A stretch of DNA of 64,000 bases, from contig CAYOJJ010000006.1 in NCBI GenBank assembly GCA_964404255.1, forward strand, positions 11,567-75,566. Reading direction: 5' to 3'. Under the pieces are notes generated by a model, which ran no database searches, was not told the DNA's origin, and saw only the letters and a list, made by a program, of their open reading frames with translations. The translations under genes and the position numbers were made by a program. This document shows, piece by piece, positions 1 through 9,989 of this stretch (its first letter is position 1; the number at the start of each line of letters is the position of its first letter). This stretch comes from an uncultured Alphaproteobacteria bacterium (GTDB lineage Bacteria > Bacteroidota > Ignavibacteria > Palsa-1295).

Positions 1-1020
1 AGTCGAAAGTTTTCCCTGAGTGATACCATTAGGATCGACGGTTACATGGCCGCCCCTGCGATGAGCTTCGCGCGGAGTGTTTGCCTTAAAACCATATTCA
101 TCGCATTTATCGAAAATGCGCTGCGTCAGCGTAAGCGATTTTTTCCGGATCGCTTCAATGCCAATCTCGCCCATCATCGTGAGCGCCGGTACAGCAGTGG
201 AAAGACAGGGTACCTGAATGCTCGAGGTAAGAAAGCGATGCATACCAGTAGCAAAATTCACATCGGGCATAGTAAACTCAAACGGATCTTTATCGCCAAG
301 CCAGCCGCGAATAGCTGGTTGAAAACGCTCCTGATGGTCGGGACGAACATACATAAAGGCTGCGCCAGGGCCTCCGCATAACCATTTTAAAACTCCCGAG
401 GCAAGAATATCGACATTCAACACTTTTACATCGATCGGTACCACTCCGGCGGCCTGGTAAGAATCGACCATCACGAGGGCTCCTTTCGAATGAGCATGAT
501 CGATAATAGTTTTGATATCCTGCAAGGCGCCGCTGCGGAAATAGACATGGCTGAGCGGGACGATCAGTGTTTCTTCGTCGATCGCATCGCAGATCTTTTG
601 GGCATCGACGGTAATGCCATCGTCGCTTTTTACCAGCTCGATCTTTGCGCCGTATTTAGTCCAGCCGTGCCAGAAATAGGAGATCGTTGAAAAGTGCAGA
701 TCGGTAAACACTACTTTATTTCGTTTGCCGGTAAAATCGAGGCAACTGGCAATTAACGCATGGCCGATAGTAAGATTATGAATGAGTGTTACATCTTTTG
801 CTTCGGCGCCGATGATCTTTCCGAAGAGCCCGCTGACGGTATCGACAAAGGGAAACCACTCATGCCAGGCTTCGACGCCTTCGGTCTGCCATTGGTGGGT
901 GTACTTCATCAGCTCGCTTTCTACCTGTTTGGGCATCGCTCCGAGCGAGTTGGAGATCATATAACAGGAAGTGGAAAGGATAGGGAAGTGCGGTCTATAC
1001 TTTGCGGCTAATTCGTCCAT
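1..1020 (-). CDS. kynU: Kynureninase (PLP-dependent, aminotransferase class V fold); 3' end lies beyond window start
   Basis: My minus-strand translation starts MDELAAKYRPHFPILSTSCYMISNSLGAMPK and contains HVYFRSG, KWLCGGPG and GWLGD, all matching kynureninase signatures. The ORF runs off the window start, so it is absent from the complete-ORF track. Confidence 0.75.
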   Translation of the reverse strand, partial: MDELAAKYRPHFPILSTSCYMISNSLGAMPKQVESELMKYTHQWQTEGVEAWHEWFPFVDTVSGLFGKIIGAEAKDVTLIHNLTIGHALIASCLDFTGKRNKVVFTDLHFSTISYFWHGWTKYGAKIELVKSDDGITVDAQKICDAIDEETLIVPLSHVYFRSGALQDIKTIIDHAHSKGALVMVDSYQAAGVVPIDVKVLNVDILASGVLKWLCGGPGAAFMYVRPDHQERFQPAIRGWLGDKDPFEFTMPDVNFATGMHRFLTSSIQVPCLSTAVPALTMMGEIGIEAIRKKSLTLTQRIFDKCDEYGFKANTPREAHRRGGHVTVDPNGITQGKLST

Positions 1021-1139
1021 GGTGTAGTGGTCAGAAACCGCAAAATTACGACAGAAACCGCTGTAAAATAAAAGAAGGCATGATCCACCCCATCATGCCT
1101 TCGGCAAGAAAAGCGTCTAACGCCATCAGACGCTTCTAT

Positions 1140-1334
1140 CTATGCTTCTTGCTTTTTTGTCGGTGTAAAAATGCCACCGATAAAATATCCGAGTATTGCC
1201 CCGTAGATCGTCATGAACGGTGCGTCAGAGGACATCGCACAGGCCCCGGAAGCACAGCCTACATATCGGTAATAAGCCCAGCCTCCCAAGGCACCTATCG
1301 GTATCATTGCCCACCGTAATATTTTGCGTGTCAT
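1140..1334 (-). CDS. Small membrane protein with CASGAC motif (hypothetical)
   Basis: 64-aa ORF with two hydrophobic segments, upstream of kynU on the same strand. Confidence 0.35.
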   Translation of the reverse strand: MTRKILRWAMIPIGALGGWAYYRYVGCASGACAMSSDAPFMTIYGAILGYFIGGIFTPTKKQEA

Positions 1335-1364
1335 TATGTGAGTAGTAAAAAATAGAAGAAATAA

Positions 1365-1577
1365 TTATTGTGTTTTTTTCTGAGAAAGCGTACCGGTATT
1401 GAAGATCCTGTAGATCGGACAGAAGCTCATCGTAGAAGTAGCAAGAAATACTATCCCAACGACGAGGAGTATGACTCCCAAAGCGCCAGTCACTTGTCCG
1501 CTGAAATAGAGAAAGAAAAACAGGACTGCAATAATGACGCGTATCACGCGATCTATGGTGCTCATATTCTTTTTCAT
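1365..1577 (-). CDS. DUF2892 / YgaP-like inner membrane protein
   Basis: 70 aa with MKKNMSTIDRVIRVIIAVLFF...CPIY, which fits the DUF2892 pattern. It sits next to rhodanese genes, as is typical. Confidence 0.55.
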   Translation of the reverse strand: MKKNMSTIDRVIRVIIAVLFFFLYFSGQVTGALGVILLVVGIVFLATSTMSFCPIYRIFNTGTLSQKKTQ

Positions 1578-1587
1578 TGGTTCTCCT

Positions 1588-2010
1588 TTATTTACGTGAG
1601 TGTTCTACCGGCAAATGGGCATTGTTCCAGGCGATGATACCGCCGCTCATATTTAGCACCGTATAACCGTTGCTGGTAAGAATGCCGGAAGCGGTGGCAC
1701 TTCTTCTGCCGCTATGGCAATAAGCCACGATCGTTTTTCCCTTATCGGAAGCGAGTTCGTTGATCCTCGATTCAAGCTCCTGCACGGGGATCAGTTTGGC
1801 ATGAGGAAGGTGGCCGGATTCACCGGTATATTCCTCTGCAGTACGGACATCGAGAATGACGATAGAAGTGTCGTACTGCCGCAGCGAATCTATCGTCTGT
1901 ACCGATACGGTTTTGAATTTCTGTGCCGACCCATTAGAGCAGGCCATCATGACGGTCGTTGCGGCAAGTAGCAGTACCGCAACAACCGGTCTTAGTGATA
2001 TACGTTTCAT
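1588..2010 (-). CDS. Rhodanese-domain sulfurtransferase, lipoprotein/secreted
   Basis: Signal peptide MKRISLRPVVAVLLLAATTVMMACS and a rhodanese active-site region (AYCHSGRRS). The start is taken at internal ATG 2010, which gives an ATGA overlap with the upstream gene. Confidence 0.7.
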   Translation of the reverse strand: MKRISLRPVVAVLLLAATTVMMACSNGSAQKFKTVSVQTIDSLRQYDTSIVILDVRTAEEYTGESGHLPHAKLIPVQELESRINELASDKGKTIVAYCHSGRRSATASGILTSNGYTVLNMSGGIIAWNNAHLPVEHSRK

Positions 2011-3119
2011 AATGCTTTCTCCCGTTTCAACGAGCGTTTGACCGGGTACCCATCGCGCATCCATCCAAGTGTTCCTCCTACAAGATTATACACGGTTTTG
2101 CAGCCGTGGGTTGAGAGGTAATGGGCAGCTTCGATCGATCGGCCCCCGGTTTGACAAACAACCACCACCGGTTTCTGCTTTAACGATTCGATGGATTGCT
2201 TTCCATAGAGCAGATCGCCGACCGGTACATTTACCACTCCTTCGATCGCTCCGAAAGCGAGCAACTCCATTGGCTGGCGAACATCGAGGATCACGAGGTC
2301 TTTTGTTGCCGGGATCATTCGCTTCAACTCGGCGGCGGTTATATTACTGAAGCTTTCGTGATCGGTGCTCACGCGCTGAGCGCCGCATTGCAGGACGACG
2401 GCTCCTCCTTCGGAATCGGCCATCGGCGGGAAGAAGTCTTTCACGAACTCGATATACTCGGCCTTGGTACGTGGTGCAAGAAAAGGGTTGTTCTGCTTTT
2501 CTGCTTCAAGCGTTGTCGAATCGTGTCCTTCGTAATCGTGACCGGGATGAATGATCGTCTCGGCCGGCAATTTCATAATGACATTGAAGAGCGTATCGTA
2601 TTGCTCTGCCGTGTTGCCGCTCGGAAGATCACTGCGGCCAGCCTGGCCGATAAGTAATAGATCACCGGTAAATAAGTGTCCATCGCCATATAAGCAGATA
2701 TGATCGTTGGTGTGACCCGGGGAATAGATCACAGCGAGCGTCGAATTGCCGAAGGCAATAGTATCGGTATCGGTTACATAGCGATCGACACTTACTTTTA
2801 CATTCTCTCTTAAAATATCGCCGATGCCGAAGGCATCGCCGAGATCGACAACTTTATATTTTTCTTTTGCAGTAGCATGCATGATAACCGGTGCACCGGT
2901 GTGTTCATGGAGCAACTTTGCGCCGGAGACGTGATCGGCATGGGTATGAGTATCGATGATCGTGCTCAGCGTCACCTGCAAAGCAGAAATCTCGGCCAGG
3001 ATCCGCTCGACATCTTCGCGGTTAGGATCGATAATAGCGGCCGCTTTTGTCGGCTCGTCAATAAGCAGGTAGGTAAGGGTACCGGTACCGTCAGTAGAAT
3101 GAATTGGTTTTATCAGCAT
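2007..3119 (-). CDS. MBL-fold persulfide dioxygenase (ETHE1-like) fused to C-terminal rhodanese domain
   Basis: HTHADH metallo-beta-lactamase motif near the N-terminus and a C-terminal rhodanese region (CQTGGRS). Confidence 0.75.
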   Translation of the reverse strand: MLIKPIHSTDGTGTLTYLLIDEPTKAAAIIDPNREDVERILAEISALQVTLSTIIDTHTHADHVSGAKLLHEHTGAPVIMHATAKEKYKVVDLGDAFGIGDILRENVKVSVDRYVTDTDTIAFGNSTLAVIYSPGHTNDHICLYGDGHLFTGDLLLIGQAGRSDLPSGNTAEQYDTLFNVIMKLPAETIIHPGHDYEGHDSTTLEAEKQNNPFLAPRTKAEYIEFVKDFFPPMADSEGGAVVLQCGAQRVSTDHESFSNITAAELKRMIPATKDLVILDVRQPMELLAFGAIEGVVNVPVGDLLYGKQSIESLKQKPVVVVCQTGGRSIEAAHYLSTHGCKTVYNLVGGTLGWMRDGYPVKRSLKREKAL

Positions 3120-3188
3120 AGCATCCTTTCAGATTGTTAACTGAGGATAGGATGCAGCGAAAAGGCAAAGGATTCTAAAGAAGGGGCA

Positions 3189-3431
3189 TTATTCTTCTTT
3201 TTTTTGGATCAGTTGCATTGTTTCGTCGATAAGAGAATCGGTATCGGCAGGTATTTCAATAGGATAGGATCGGTAGCAATCGATCGTATGCTCGAGCGAT
3301 TCTACATATTTTTTACAGTCTGCACAGGCCTCGATATGAGCACGGATAGCAATACAGCGTTCGGAATTGCGGGTAATATCCATTCCCTCGCCGAGGTAGC
3401 GGCGTACCATGGCGCAATCGATCGGCGTCAT
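3189..3431 (-). CDS. Anti-sigma factor, zinc-finger (ZAS-like HxxxCxxC)
   Basis: 80 aa with the motif HIEACADCKKY. It overlaps the upstream ECF sigma gene by 4 nt. Confidence 0.55.
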   Translation of the reverse strand: MTPIDCAMVRRYLGEGMDITRNSERCIAIRAHIEACADCKKYVESLEHTIDCYRSYPIEIPADTDSLIDETMQLIQKKEE

Positions 3432-4012
3432 ACCTTGCCCTCCAAATATGGTTGTAATTGACGACGTAAAAACTCACGAGCTCTGAATAGGCGCGATTTA
3501 ACGGCAGCAACAGTAATATCTAACGCTGCCGCTACTTCCGATGCCGGAAGATCTTCCAGATCTCTCATGACAAATACGATGCGATATTCGAGAGGAAGTT
3601 TCAGAATTGCTTTATCGAGGACTTCTTTCAATTCGCTATTAAGGGTAAAGGTTATCGGTGTCTGCTGCGAAGAAACTTCCGGAAGTTCTGCCGGTATTTC
3701 TTCAAGCGAGAGGTCCTTGCGCTCGCTTGCAAGCGAACGCCGCTTCATCAGGCAATTATTCGTGACGATCGAATACAGCCACGTAGAAAATTTCGAGCGT
3801 CCATCGAAGCTGTCGAGCTTGCGATACACGTTTATTAAGGTATTCTGAAGCGTATCGGCTGCCATTTCCGGATTGCGGCAGACATTATACGCAAAGCGGT
3901 ATACCGTGTCCTGATACCGACGGATGAGATCGCGAAAAGCTTTTTCATCACCGGCCTTTGCCTGAGCGATCAGTTCAAGTTCATTTACCGAGGGAAGTGC
4001 TGCAGTACTCAC
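3428..4012 (-). CDS. RNA polymerase ECF-type sigma-70 factor
   Basis: Sigma70 region 2 and region 4 motifs (FRDLIRRYQDTVYRFAY ... LPLEYRIVFVMRDLEDL). Confidence 0.85.
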   Translation of the reverse strand: MSTAALPSVNELELIAQAKAGDEKAFRDLIRRYQDTVYRFAYNVCRNPEMAADTLQNTLINVYRKLDSFDGRSKFSTWLYSIVTNNCLMKRRSLASERKDLSLEEIPAELPEVSSQQTPITFTLNSELKEVLDKAILKLPLEYRIVFVMRDLEDLPASEVAAALDITVAAVKSRLFRAREFLRRQLQPYLEGKV

Positions 4013-4015
4013 GTA

Positions 4016-4474
4016 TTAAAATAACAACATTCCTTCTGTTTTACTTTCATGGCGTAAGAGCCATTCCTTGCGCCAAAGGCCTCCGGCGTAGCCTGTTAAT
4101 GAACCATCCGAACCGATAATGCGGTGGCAAGGGACGACAATAGCAATAGGGTTCTTCCCATTGGCAGCGGCAACAGCGCGAATAGCTTTCTCATCACCAA
4201 GAGTACGTGATAGATTGAGATAAGAAGAGGTAGCTCCGAACGGCACAGTTAATAATTCCTGCCAGACTCGTTTCTGAAAATCGGTCCCCTGTAGATCCAG
4301 CGGGAAATCGAAGGTTTTTCTTGTGCCAGTAAAATATTCGTTTAGTTGTGTTGCGGCTTGCTTCTCAAGCTCTGTTGAAGTATCGAAAGTTGTCTCTTCA
4401 GTAAAAATAATAGCTGTAATCCCTCTTTCTGAAGAAGTAATAAGCAGTTGTCCAAGTGGTGTTGAAAGTATCAT
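4016..4474 (-). CDS. ogt: Methylated-DNA--protein-cysteine methyltransferase
   Basis: PCHRIIGSDGSLTGYAGG active-site motif. The longest ORF reaches 4489; the start was chosen at the MILSTPLG Met. Confidence 0.8.
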   Translation of the reverse strand: MILSTPLGQLLITSSERGITAIIFTEETTFDTSTELEKQAATQLNEYFTGTRKTFDFPLDLQGTDFQKRVWQELLTVPFGATSSYLNLSRTLGDEKAIRAVAAANGKNPIAIVVPCHRIIGSDGSLTGYAGGLWRKEWLLRHESKTEGMLLF

Positions 4475-4503
4475 GATAATTAGTAACAAACTAGTGTGGT
4501 TAA

Positions 4504-4905
4504 CTATTGCCTTCGTATTCGCTTATTATTTAATTCATAGTGGATGTCTAATGTCCACCAAACTTTAACCGGCTGACCGAATACCCCGATGGCAGGAGTA
4601 AATCGTAATTTTTTAAGGGCATTTACTGCCGAAGGAATAAAAATAGAATCGGTAGCACGATCAATTTGCATCTTGGTGATCCCGCCGGAAGTATCTATAA
4701 GAATATCGGTTACTACGCTTCCTTCAAGATTCTTTTTTAGTGCCGCCTCGGGATACACTACCAGATCGTAAATATCTTGTAACGGCTGCGGTTCTCTGTA
4801 AATATCGATAAATTCTTCTCTCGTTGTCGAATCGGGCTGTAAGATTTGGCAATATCCTGAGGCCGATACCAATAGTCCTGCAAGAATAATACTAAATGCT
4901 TTCAT
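4504..4905 (-). CDS. TonB C-terminal-domain protein, secreted
   Basis: Signal peptide followed by YPEAALKKNLEGSVVTDILIDTSGG...FTPA, a TonB_C-like fold signature. Confidence 0.55.
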   Translation of the reverse strand: MKAFSIILAGLLVSASGYCQILQPDSTTREEFIDIYREPQPLQDIYDLVVYPEAALKKNLEGSVVTDILIDTSGGITKMQIDRATDSIFIPSAVNALKKLRFTPAIGVFGQPVKVWWTLDIHYELNNKRIRRQ

Positions 4906-4919
4906 GCTGCAAAGATAAA

Positions 4920-7900
4920 TTATTTTTGCAGCTTCTCGAGATATTTCCTGATAAGAGCCTGATAATCTTTTGAATAAATGCTTTCCTTTTTATTCAGCAT
5001 ATCGTCTCGAATGGCGCGGCGGCTGTCTTCGGAGTTGGGGTCGAGATCGGGCGGGGATTGGCGCACAATATCATTCGCGCCTTTAGCTTCACGGGTTTCA
5101 TCCTTATCGCGCTCATGAACCGAACGCTGGGCTTGCAGCAATCTCGATAAGATGCGCTCTTGGCGTTGGACGGTCTCCGGGCGAACACCACTGGTTTTCA
5201 TATCGGAAATGACATCCTGCATCTCATCGGCGATCTTCTTTAAATCATCGACCGCTTTCTTTCTTCCGGCATCGGATTCTTTCTGTTCTCGCGAAAGATC
5301 TTCAATAGATTTCTTAACCGCTCCCTGCTCAGCGGCAAGGCGGGCCATCTGGGCTTGCTGTTGTTGTGCCTGGCGCTCAGCCGATTGATTGCCATTCTGG
5401 CCCTGCATCATCGATTGCATTTGGTCATTGAGTGCCTGCTGTTTGGCGGCCGCAGCATTGATCTGATTCAAAAATTGCTGCATTGCTCCGCCACCGCCAG
5501 AACCCATGCTCATGCCCTCGCCACCACTGCCATCGGAACCGCCAGGGTTCATACCTCCGGGATTTGGGCAAGAGCCATTGCCGGGGTTCTGCATGGAATT
5601 CATCGCTTCCTGCGTCTGCTTGGCAACAGTATTAAGCGCTGCCATAGCATTGCGGCTATTGCTTACCGAACCGTTCTGATCGCGTTCGGTCATAGCATCC
5701 ATTGCTTTCTGCATACTGGAGAATGCCTCACCAAGTGATTTACCCATCTCAGGAGAAACGCTCGGAGAACGTTGCGCAAGCTGGAACATCTGGCTGGCCG
5801 CATTGCCGAGTTCTTCCTTGCGATCGGCCTGTTCGTCCGCCAGATCGCGGAATACATTCGATTGCGGCTGGGCTGATTGCGAACTATTCTTGAGCGATTC
5901 TTCCGCTTTTGAAAGACGGTTCATTTCATCGCGGAGCTGTTTTAGCTCGGCAATGGTACGCTGCTTTTCGTTCTGCGAAAGTTTTTGCTTGAGGTTACTC
6001 AGTTTATTGCGCGCATTTTTTGCTTTATCGGCAGCGTCCTGATGACGCTTGGAAGCCCGCTGATGCTGGTTCTGTTTCGAAGCATCGGAAGCATCCTGCA
6101 TCGATTTATCCATCGAAGGATCGTTAAGTGCTTCCATTGCTTCTTTCATTTCCTCCGGTGCCTGCATTTGCTCCGGAAGTTTTTTCATATCGTTGGCAAG
6201 ATCTTTAGCTTCCTCCTTCATGCGCTCGAGTTCGTTCTGCGCATCCTGCTGTTTGCGCTGCTCAGCCGATTGTTCTTCCGGCGAGAGGTTCTTGTTCTGC
6301 TGGGCGAGTTCGTTCTGTTTCTCGGCGGCTTGTTCCTGGCCTTTGGCGAGATCGTTCGAGCGTTTGATAAGCTCATCGACCTTCTGCTCCATCTTGATCT
6401 TCTTCAGGATATTAGCCGTGCGCTCGATAGATTTTCGGAATTGCTCGTCGTTGAACTGGAAGTTCTTCATTGCCTGTTCGAGCTGTTTCTGATCAATGTT
6501 CTTCATCGCATCCTGCAGCCGCTGCATGGCTTCTTTAAGCTCCGGAGAGTTGATCTGCTCGAAGAGCTTTTGCAGCTCCATATATTTTTCCATCGTCTCC
6601 GGGGTCAGCGCATTTTGTTGGGAAAGACGATCGGTCATTTGCTGAAGCTCTTTCTTGACGTCGGCAACACGATTATTGAGCTCCTGCTGGCGCTTTAAAA
6701 CATCCTGGACATCTTTCTGGCGTGAGAATTCCTGCTGACGCTTAGCGATCTCGGAAGTCGGAGCCTGTTTCATTTCGTTAACGACTTCATCGACCTTCTT
6801 TTGCAATTCTTCCGCATCCTGCTTGATATCTTTTAAAGAGCGCTCGGCATTATTCGATTCTTCTTCCGCGCGCTTAAAGATCTCATCGGCCGAGGGGAAA
6901 CGAACGGTATATTCATCCGTGCGTACACGGTGCGGACCGGTGACGTTATCGTTATCGGCCACTTCAAGCACGTATGCTACTTCATCTTCAGGGGAAAGTC
7001 GCATCGGAAGTAAATTCCAGACGTACGGTACTTCCTGATCCTGCTCGCTATAGGAAGGCAACGGTAGCGTGATCCATTTATACTCTTTTTCCTCCGGCCC
7101 ATATTTGGAAGCATGGAGCCGATAGCCGAGCTTCAGACTGCTGAAGCCAAAATCGTCATGGATTTTCATGAACATCGTCACATGCTGCGAACTCGGTAGT
7201 TCTGCGCGCTCACCCGGTTCGAGCAGTACGATAGCGGGAGCTTCATCTTCGGCAAGGGTAATGGTATATTCGATCGGATGCTCGCTTTGAATAGAATCCT
7301 TATCGAGCAGCATAATATGATAGGTACCGGAGCGGCGAAGGCTTAGTAAGCCTTTGGCCTGCATTCCCTCGACCGCGAGATGATAAACAGTAATCGAATC
7401 GTTCTTTTTAGGAGTAAGGCTATCGGCAGCTTCCGGCAACGGGCGATAAATAAGATCGGCGCTCAGAAGCGGTTTCGAAGAAAGAACCGAAACGGCTGCC
7501 ACCGAGCCATCGAGAGCGCTGATATCTCCGAAATTATCCTGCAGCGTTACAGCCTTCTGATGAGTATAAGAAGGAGGTGTGACCGTTATCGAGAGTGTTT
7601 TAATAACCGGTCGTTCGAGCGTTGTAATAGTGAAATGCTCCGATTCTATTTCACGCGCTTCGACATAATACTCGGTTGCGTGCTGGGGATGCAGCTCGTA
7701 AACGAATTCCGTCATGGCCGTACCGCGGCTGATCGAGGAATCGAGAGTGCGGGCTTTGAGCTCGATACGTTCGAATTCTCCGGCTTCGCCTTCGCGCAGG
7801 CGAAGCGTAAGCGTCTTTAATTGCTCGCCACTGGTGCGTACCCGGATCGTAACGGCTTCACCTCGCAGCGATTTAATGGTACCCGGTTTTACAGCAAAAA

Positions 7901-8543
7901 CAAAGGGGGCGGGCTTTTGATAGAAGGTGCGAAAATGCAGGAGGCGACCGGCTGCATCGGAAAACCCGAGTCCCGGCACCAGAAACATTCCAGCCGAAAA
8001 CACCAGCATTGAAGACATCAGAATGAGCGACCGGCGCAGGGGGCGTTCGTCAACGATAGCATTAAAATCTAAATGGCGGAAGGAGCTATAGGTAGAAGTG
8101 AAGGCGGCTGTAGCAAATGATGCGGAAGCGACAGGCGCTTCGCTCAGTTCGCGGGCAAGCTGCAGGACATTCACGAGGCGGTCTTCCACCTCACCGAAGC
8201 GTTTGCCGATCAGCGAAGCAAGCGTTTCATTGGAAGCGCGCTGCCTGATGCCCATATACTCGGCAACCGGAGCAAAAGAAAGCAATAGTAAAGAAGCTAT
8301 TGCAAGCAGGGCACTTACTGAAAAAAGGATAGTGCGGCCGATAATGGAAAGATGGAAGATCGATTCCACACCGATCGCTATTATAGCGATCAGCAGGATC
8401 ATCGTCACCGAGCGCGAGATACCAATGCCAACAGCCACGCGTTCGCGGCGGCGGCGAAGCTCGGAAAGGCGACTTATAAGTTCTTGGTATAGTTCTTGGG
8501 GCATACGAGGATCGTTACGGGTTGCGGATCGTCCTTGTTTCAA
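4920..8543 (-). CDS. Large membrane-anchored protein with long K/E/Q-rich coiled-coil and Gly/Asn/Gln-rich low-complexity regions (possibly DUF4175-like)
   Basis: 1207-aa ORF with N-terminal TM helices, a central structured region and a C-terminal ~600 aa of coiled-coil/low complexity. The family assignment is tentative. Confidence 0.55.
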   Translation of the reverse strand: MKQGRSATRNDPRMPQELYQELISRLSELRRRRERVAVGIGISRSVTMILLIAIIAIGVESIFHLSIIGRTILFSVSALLAIASLLLLSFAPVAEYMGIRQRASNETLASLIGKRFGEVEDRLVNVLQLARELSEAPVASASFATAAFTSTYSSFRHLDFNAIVDERPLRRSLILMSSMLVFSAGMFLVPGLGFSDAAGRLLHFRTFYQKPAPFVFAVKPGTIKSLRGEAVTIRVRTSGEQLKTLTLRLREGEAGEFERIELKARTLDSSISRGTAMTEFVYELHPQHATEYYVEAREIESEHFTITTLERPVIKTLSITVTPPSYTHQKAVTLQDNFGDISALDGSVAAVSVLSSKPLLSADLIYRPLPEAADSLTPKKNDSITVYHLAVEGMQAKGLLSLRRSGTYHIMLLDKDSIQSEHPIEYTITLAEDEAPAIVLLEPGERAELPSSQHVTMFMKIHDDFGFSSLKLGYRLHASKYGPEEKEYKWITLPLPSYSEQDQEVPYVWNLLPMRLSPEDEVAYVLEVADNDNVTGPHRVRTDEYTVRFPSADEIFKRAEEESNNAERSLKDIKQDAEELQKKVDEVVNEMKQAPTSEIAKRQQEFSRQKDVQDVLKRQQELNNRVADVKKELQQMTDRLSQQNALTPETMEKYMELQKLFEQINSPELKEAMQRLQDAMKNIDQKQLEQAMKNFQFNDEQFRKSIERTANILKKIKMEQKVDELIKRSNDLAKGQEQAAEKQNELAQQNKNLSPEEQSAEQRKQQDAQNELERMKEEAKDLANDMKKLPEQMQAPEEMKEAMEALNDPSMDKSMQDASDASKQNQHQRASKRHQDAADKAKNARNKLSNLKQKLSQNEKQRTIAELKQLRDEMNRLSKAEESLKNSSQSAQPQSNVFRDLADEQADRKEELGNAASQMFQLAQRSPSVSPEMGKSLGEAFSSMQKAMDAMTERDQNGSVSNSRNAMAALNTVAKQTQEAMNSMQNPGNGSCPNPGGMNPGGSDGSGGEGMSMGSGGGGAMQQFLNQINAAAAKQQALNDQMQSMMQGQNGNQSAERQAQQQQAQMARLAAEQGAVKKSIEDLSREQKESDAGRKKAVDDLKKIADEMQDVISDMKTSGVRPETVQRQERILSRLLQAQRSVHERDKDETREAKGANDIVRQSPPDLDPNSEDSRRAIRDDMLNKKESIYSKDYQALIRKYLEKLQK

Positions 8544-9989
8544 TGTAACCCATTGCTAAAGACCGGTGTTCCTACGCGCGTATTTTTGCATGATTACTAT
8601 CATCCAAGCGCGCGGTTGAAAGACAATAATCCACAATTTCCTGCCAGAGAAAATACCGTTCTGGTGATCGCTTACTATTTCCCTCCTATGGGGTTATCGG
8701 GAGTACAGCGAACCTTGAAATTCGTAAAATATCTTCCGCAGTTTGGCTGGAAACCTATCGTGCTTACTACCCCAGTCGATACACCCTATTATGCGTTCGA
8801 CGATTCTTTGCTTGAGGAGATCCGCGAAGAAATAGAGGCCGGCCGGATAGAGATTTATCGTACTGCCGCCGACCCCTCTTTAAAAGGAGTTTCTAAAAAA
8901 GGGCGCTTATTAAAACTTCCAGCGCAAGGCTGGCAGCGCCTGCGCTCAAAGATCGCCCAGATCATTCGCCAGCCGGATTCGCGTATCGGCTGGAAAGAAC
9001 TTGCCGTGCAGACGGCAGAGCAAATACTAAGCGACCATAAGATCGATGCGATCTTTTCCACTGCGCCACCTTACACCGATTTTCTTATCGCCAGAGAGCT
9101 TAAAGAGCGCTACGCTATTCCGTACCTTGTAGATTACCGCGATGGATGGGTGGATAACCAGGTATTGAATTATTACCTGACGCCCATGCATAAAAGGAAA
9201 GCCCGCGAGATGGAATACGATGTGCTTCGGGCCAGCGATTCCATCGCTACGGCTAACCGGCGCATGAAAGAGATCCTGCTCGAGCATTACATCTTTCTCG
9301 ATTGGAACGACGTTAATATCCTTCCTCAGGGATATGACCCGGAAGATATCGAGCGTGCAGAACCGATCGCACGAAGCATTAAAGAGCCAAATGTCTTTAA
9401 ACTTACGTATGCCGGCGCTTTTTATGTCGATCGTTCTCCCAAAGCCTTATTCCAGGCCGTTCGGGAGGCTATTAAGATCAAGCCGGAGCTGGAAAAGGTA
9501 TTGCAGTTGAACTTCGTTGGCATTCTACAGAAGGAATATAAGAAGCTCATTCGCAAGATGAAACTTGAGCACCTTGTGCACGAACAAGGGTATATGCCTC
9601 ATATCGAATCGGTCGCTCAATTACTTTCGAGCGATGTATTATGGATGACGATGTCCGACGATGTCTCTGCCCCCGGAAAGCTCTATGAATACTTTGGTAC
9701 CGGCAAACCGATCCTCGGTTTTGTGCCGAAGCAAAGCCATGTCGAGCGCCAGTTGCTCGAATATGGAAATGCCGTGATCGCCGAGGCCGATAACGTCCCC
9801 GAGATCACAAAAGCACTGCTTAATTATTACGAGTTATGGAAACAGGATTCGCTTCCGGTTTCGACGAACGAAGCCTTTATTGAGAAGTTCGATAGAATGT
9901 CGATCACAAAAGATCTCGCAACGATCCTGACGTTTATGTCGGGCAGCCTCGATGGCGAGATAAAAAAACTGCGCAGGAGCATTGCATGA
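8496..9989 (+). CDS. Glycosyltransferase (GT4/GT1-like)
   Basis: YYFPPMGLSGVQRTLKFVKYLPQFGWKPIVLT is a glycosyltransferase N-terminal motif. The longest ORF starts at 8496 and overlaps the divergent 1207-aa gene, so the true start is probably downstream (e.g. GTG ~8664). Confidence 0.6.
   Translation: MGHTRIVTGCGSSLFQCNPLLKTGVPTRVFLHDYYHPSARLKDNNPQFPARENTVLVIAYYFPPMGLSGVQRTLKFVKYLPQFGWKPIVLTTPVDTPYYAFDDSLLEEIREEIEAGRIEIYRTAADPSLKGVSKKGRLLKLPAQGWQRLRSKIAQIIRQPDSRIGWKELAVQTAEQILSDHKIDAIFSTAPPYTDFLIARELKERYAIPYLVDYRDGWVDNQVLNYYLTPMHKRKAREMEYDVLRASDSIATANRRMKEILLEHYIFLDWNDVNILPQGYDPEDIERAEPIARSIKEPNVFKLTYAGAFYVDRSPKALFQAVREAIKIKPELEKVLQLNFVGILQKEYKKLIRKMKLEHLVHEQGYMPHIESVAQLLSSDVLWMTMSDDVSAPGKLYEYFGTGKPILGFVPKQSHVERQLLEYGNAVIAEADNVPEITKALLNYYELWKQDSLPVSTNEAFIEKFDRMSITKDLATILTFMSGSLDGEIKKLRRSIA

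Noticed and set aside
5985-6698. 237-aa + strand ORF (Leu/Phe-rich) and several other + ORFs between 5152 and 8012
   Set aside because: They lie antisense to, and inside, the 1207-aa minus-strand gene. Their Leu-rich low-complexity composition is the complement of that gene's K/E/Q-rich codons.
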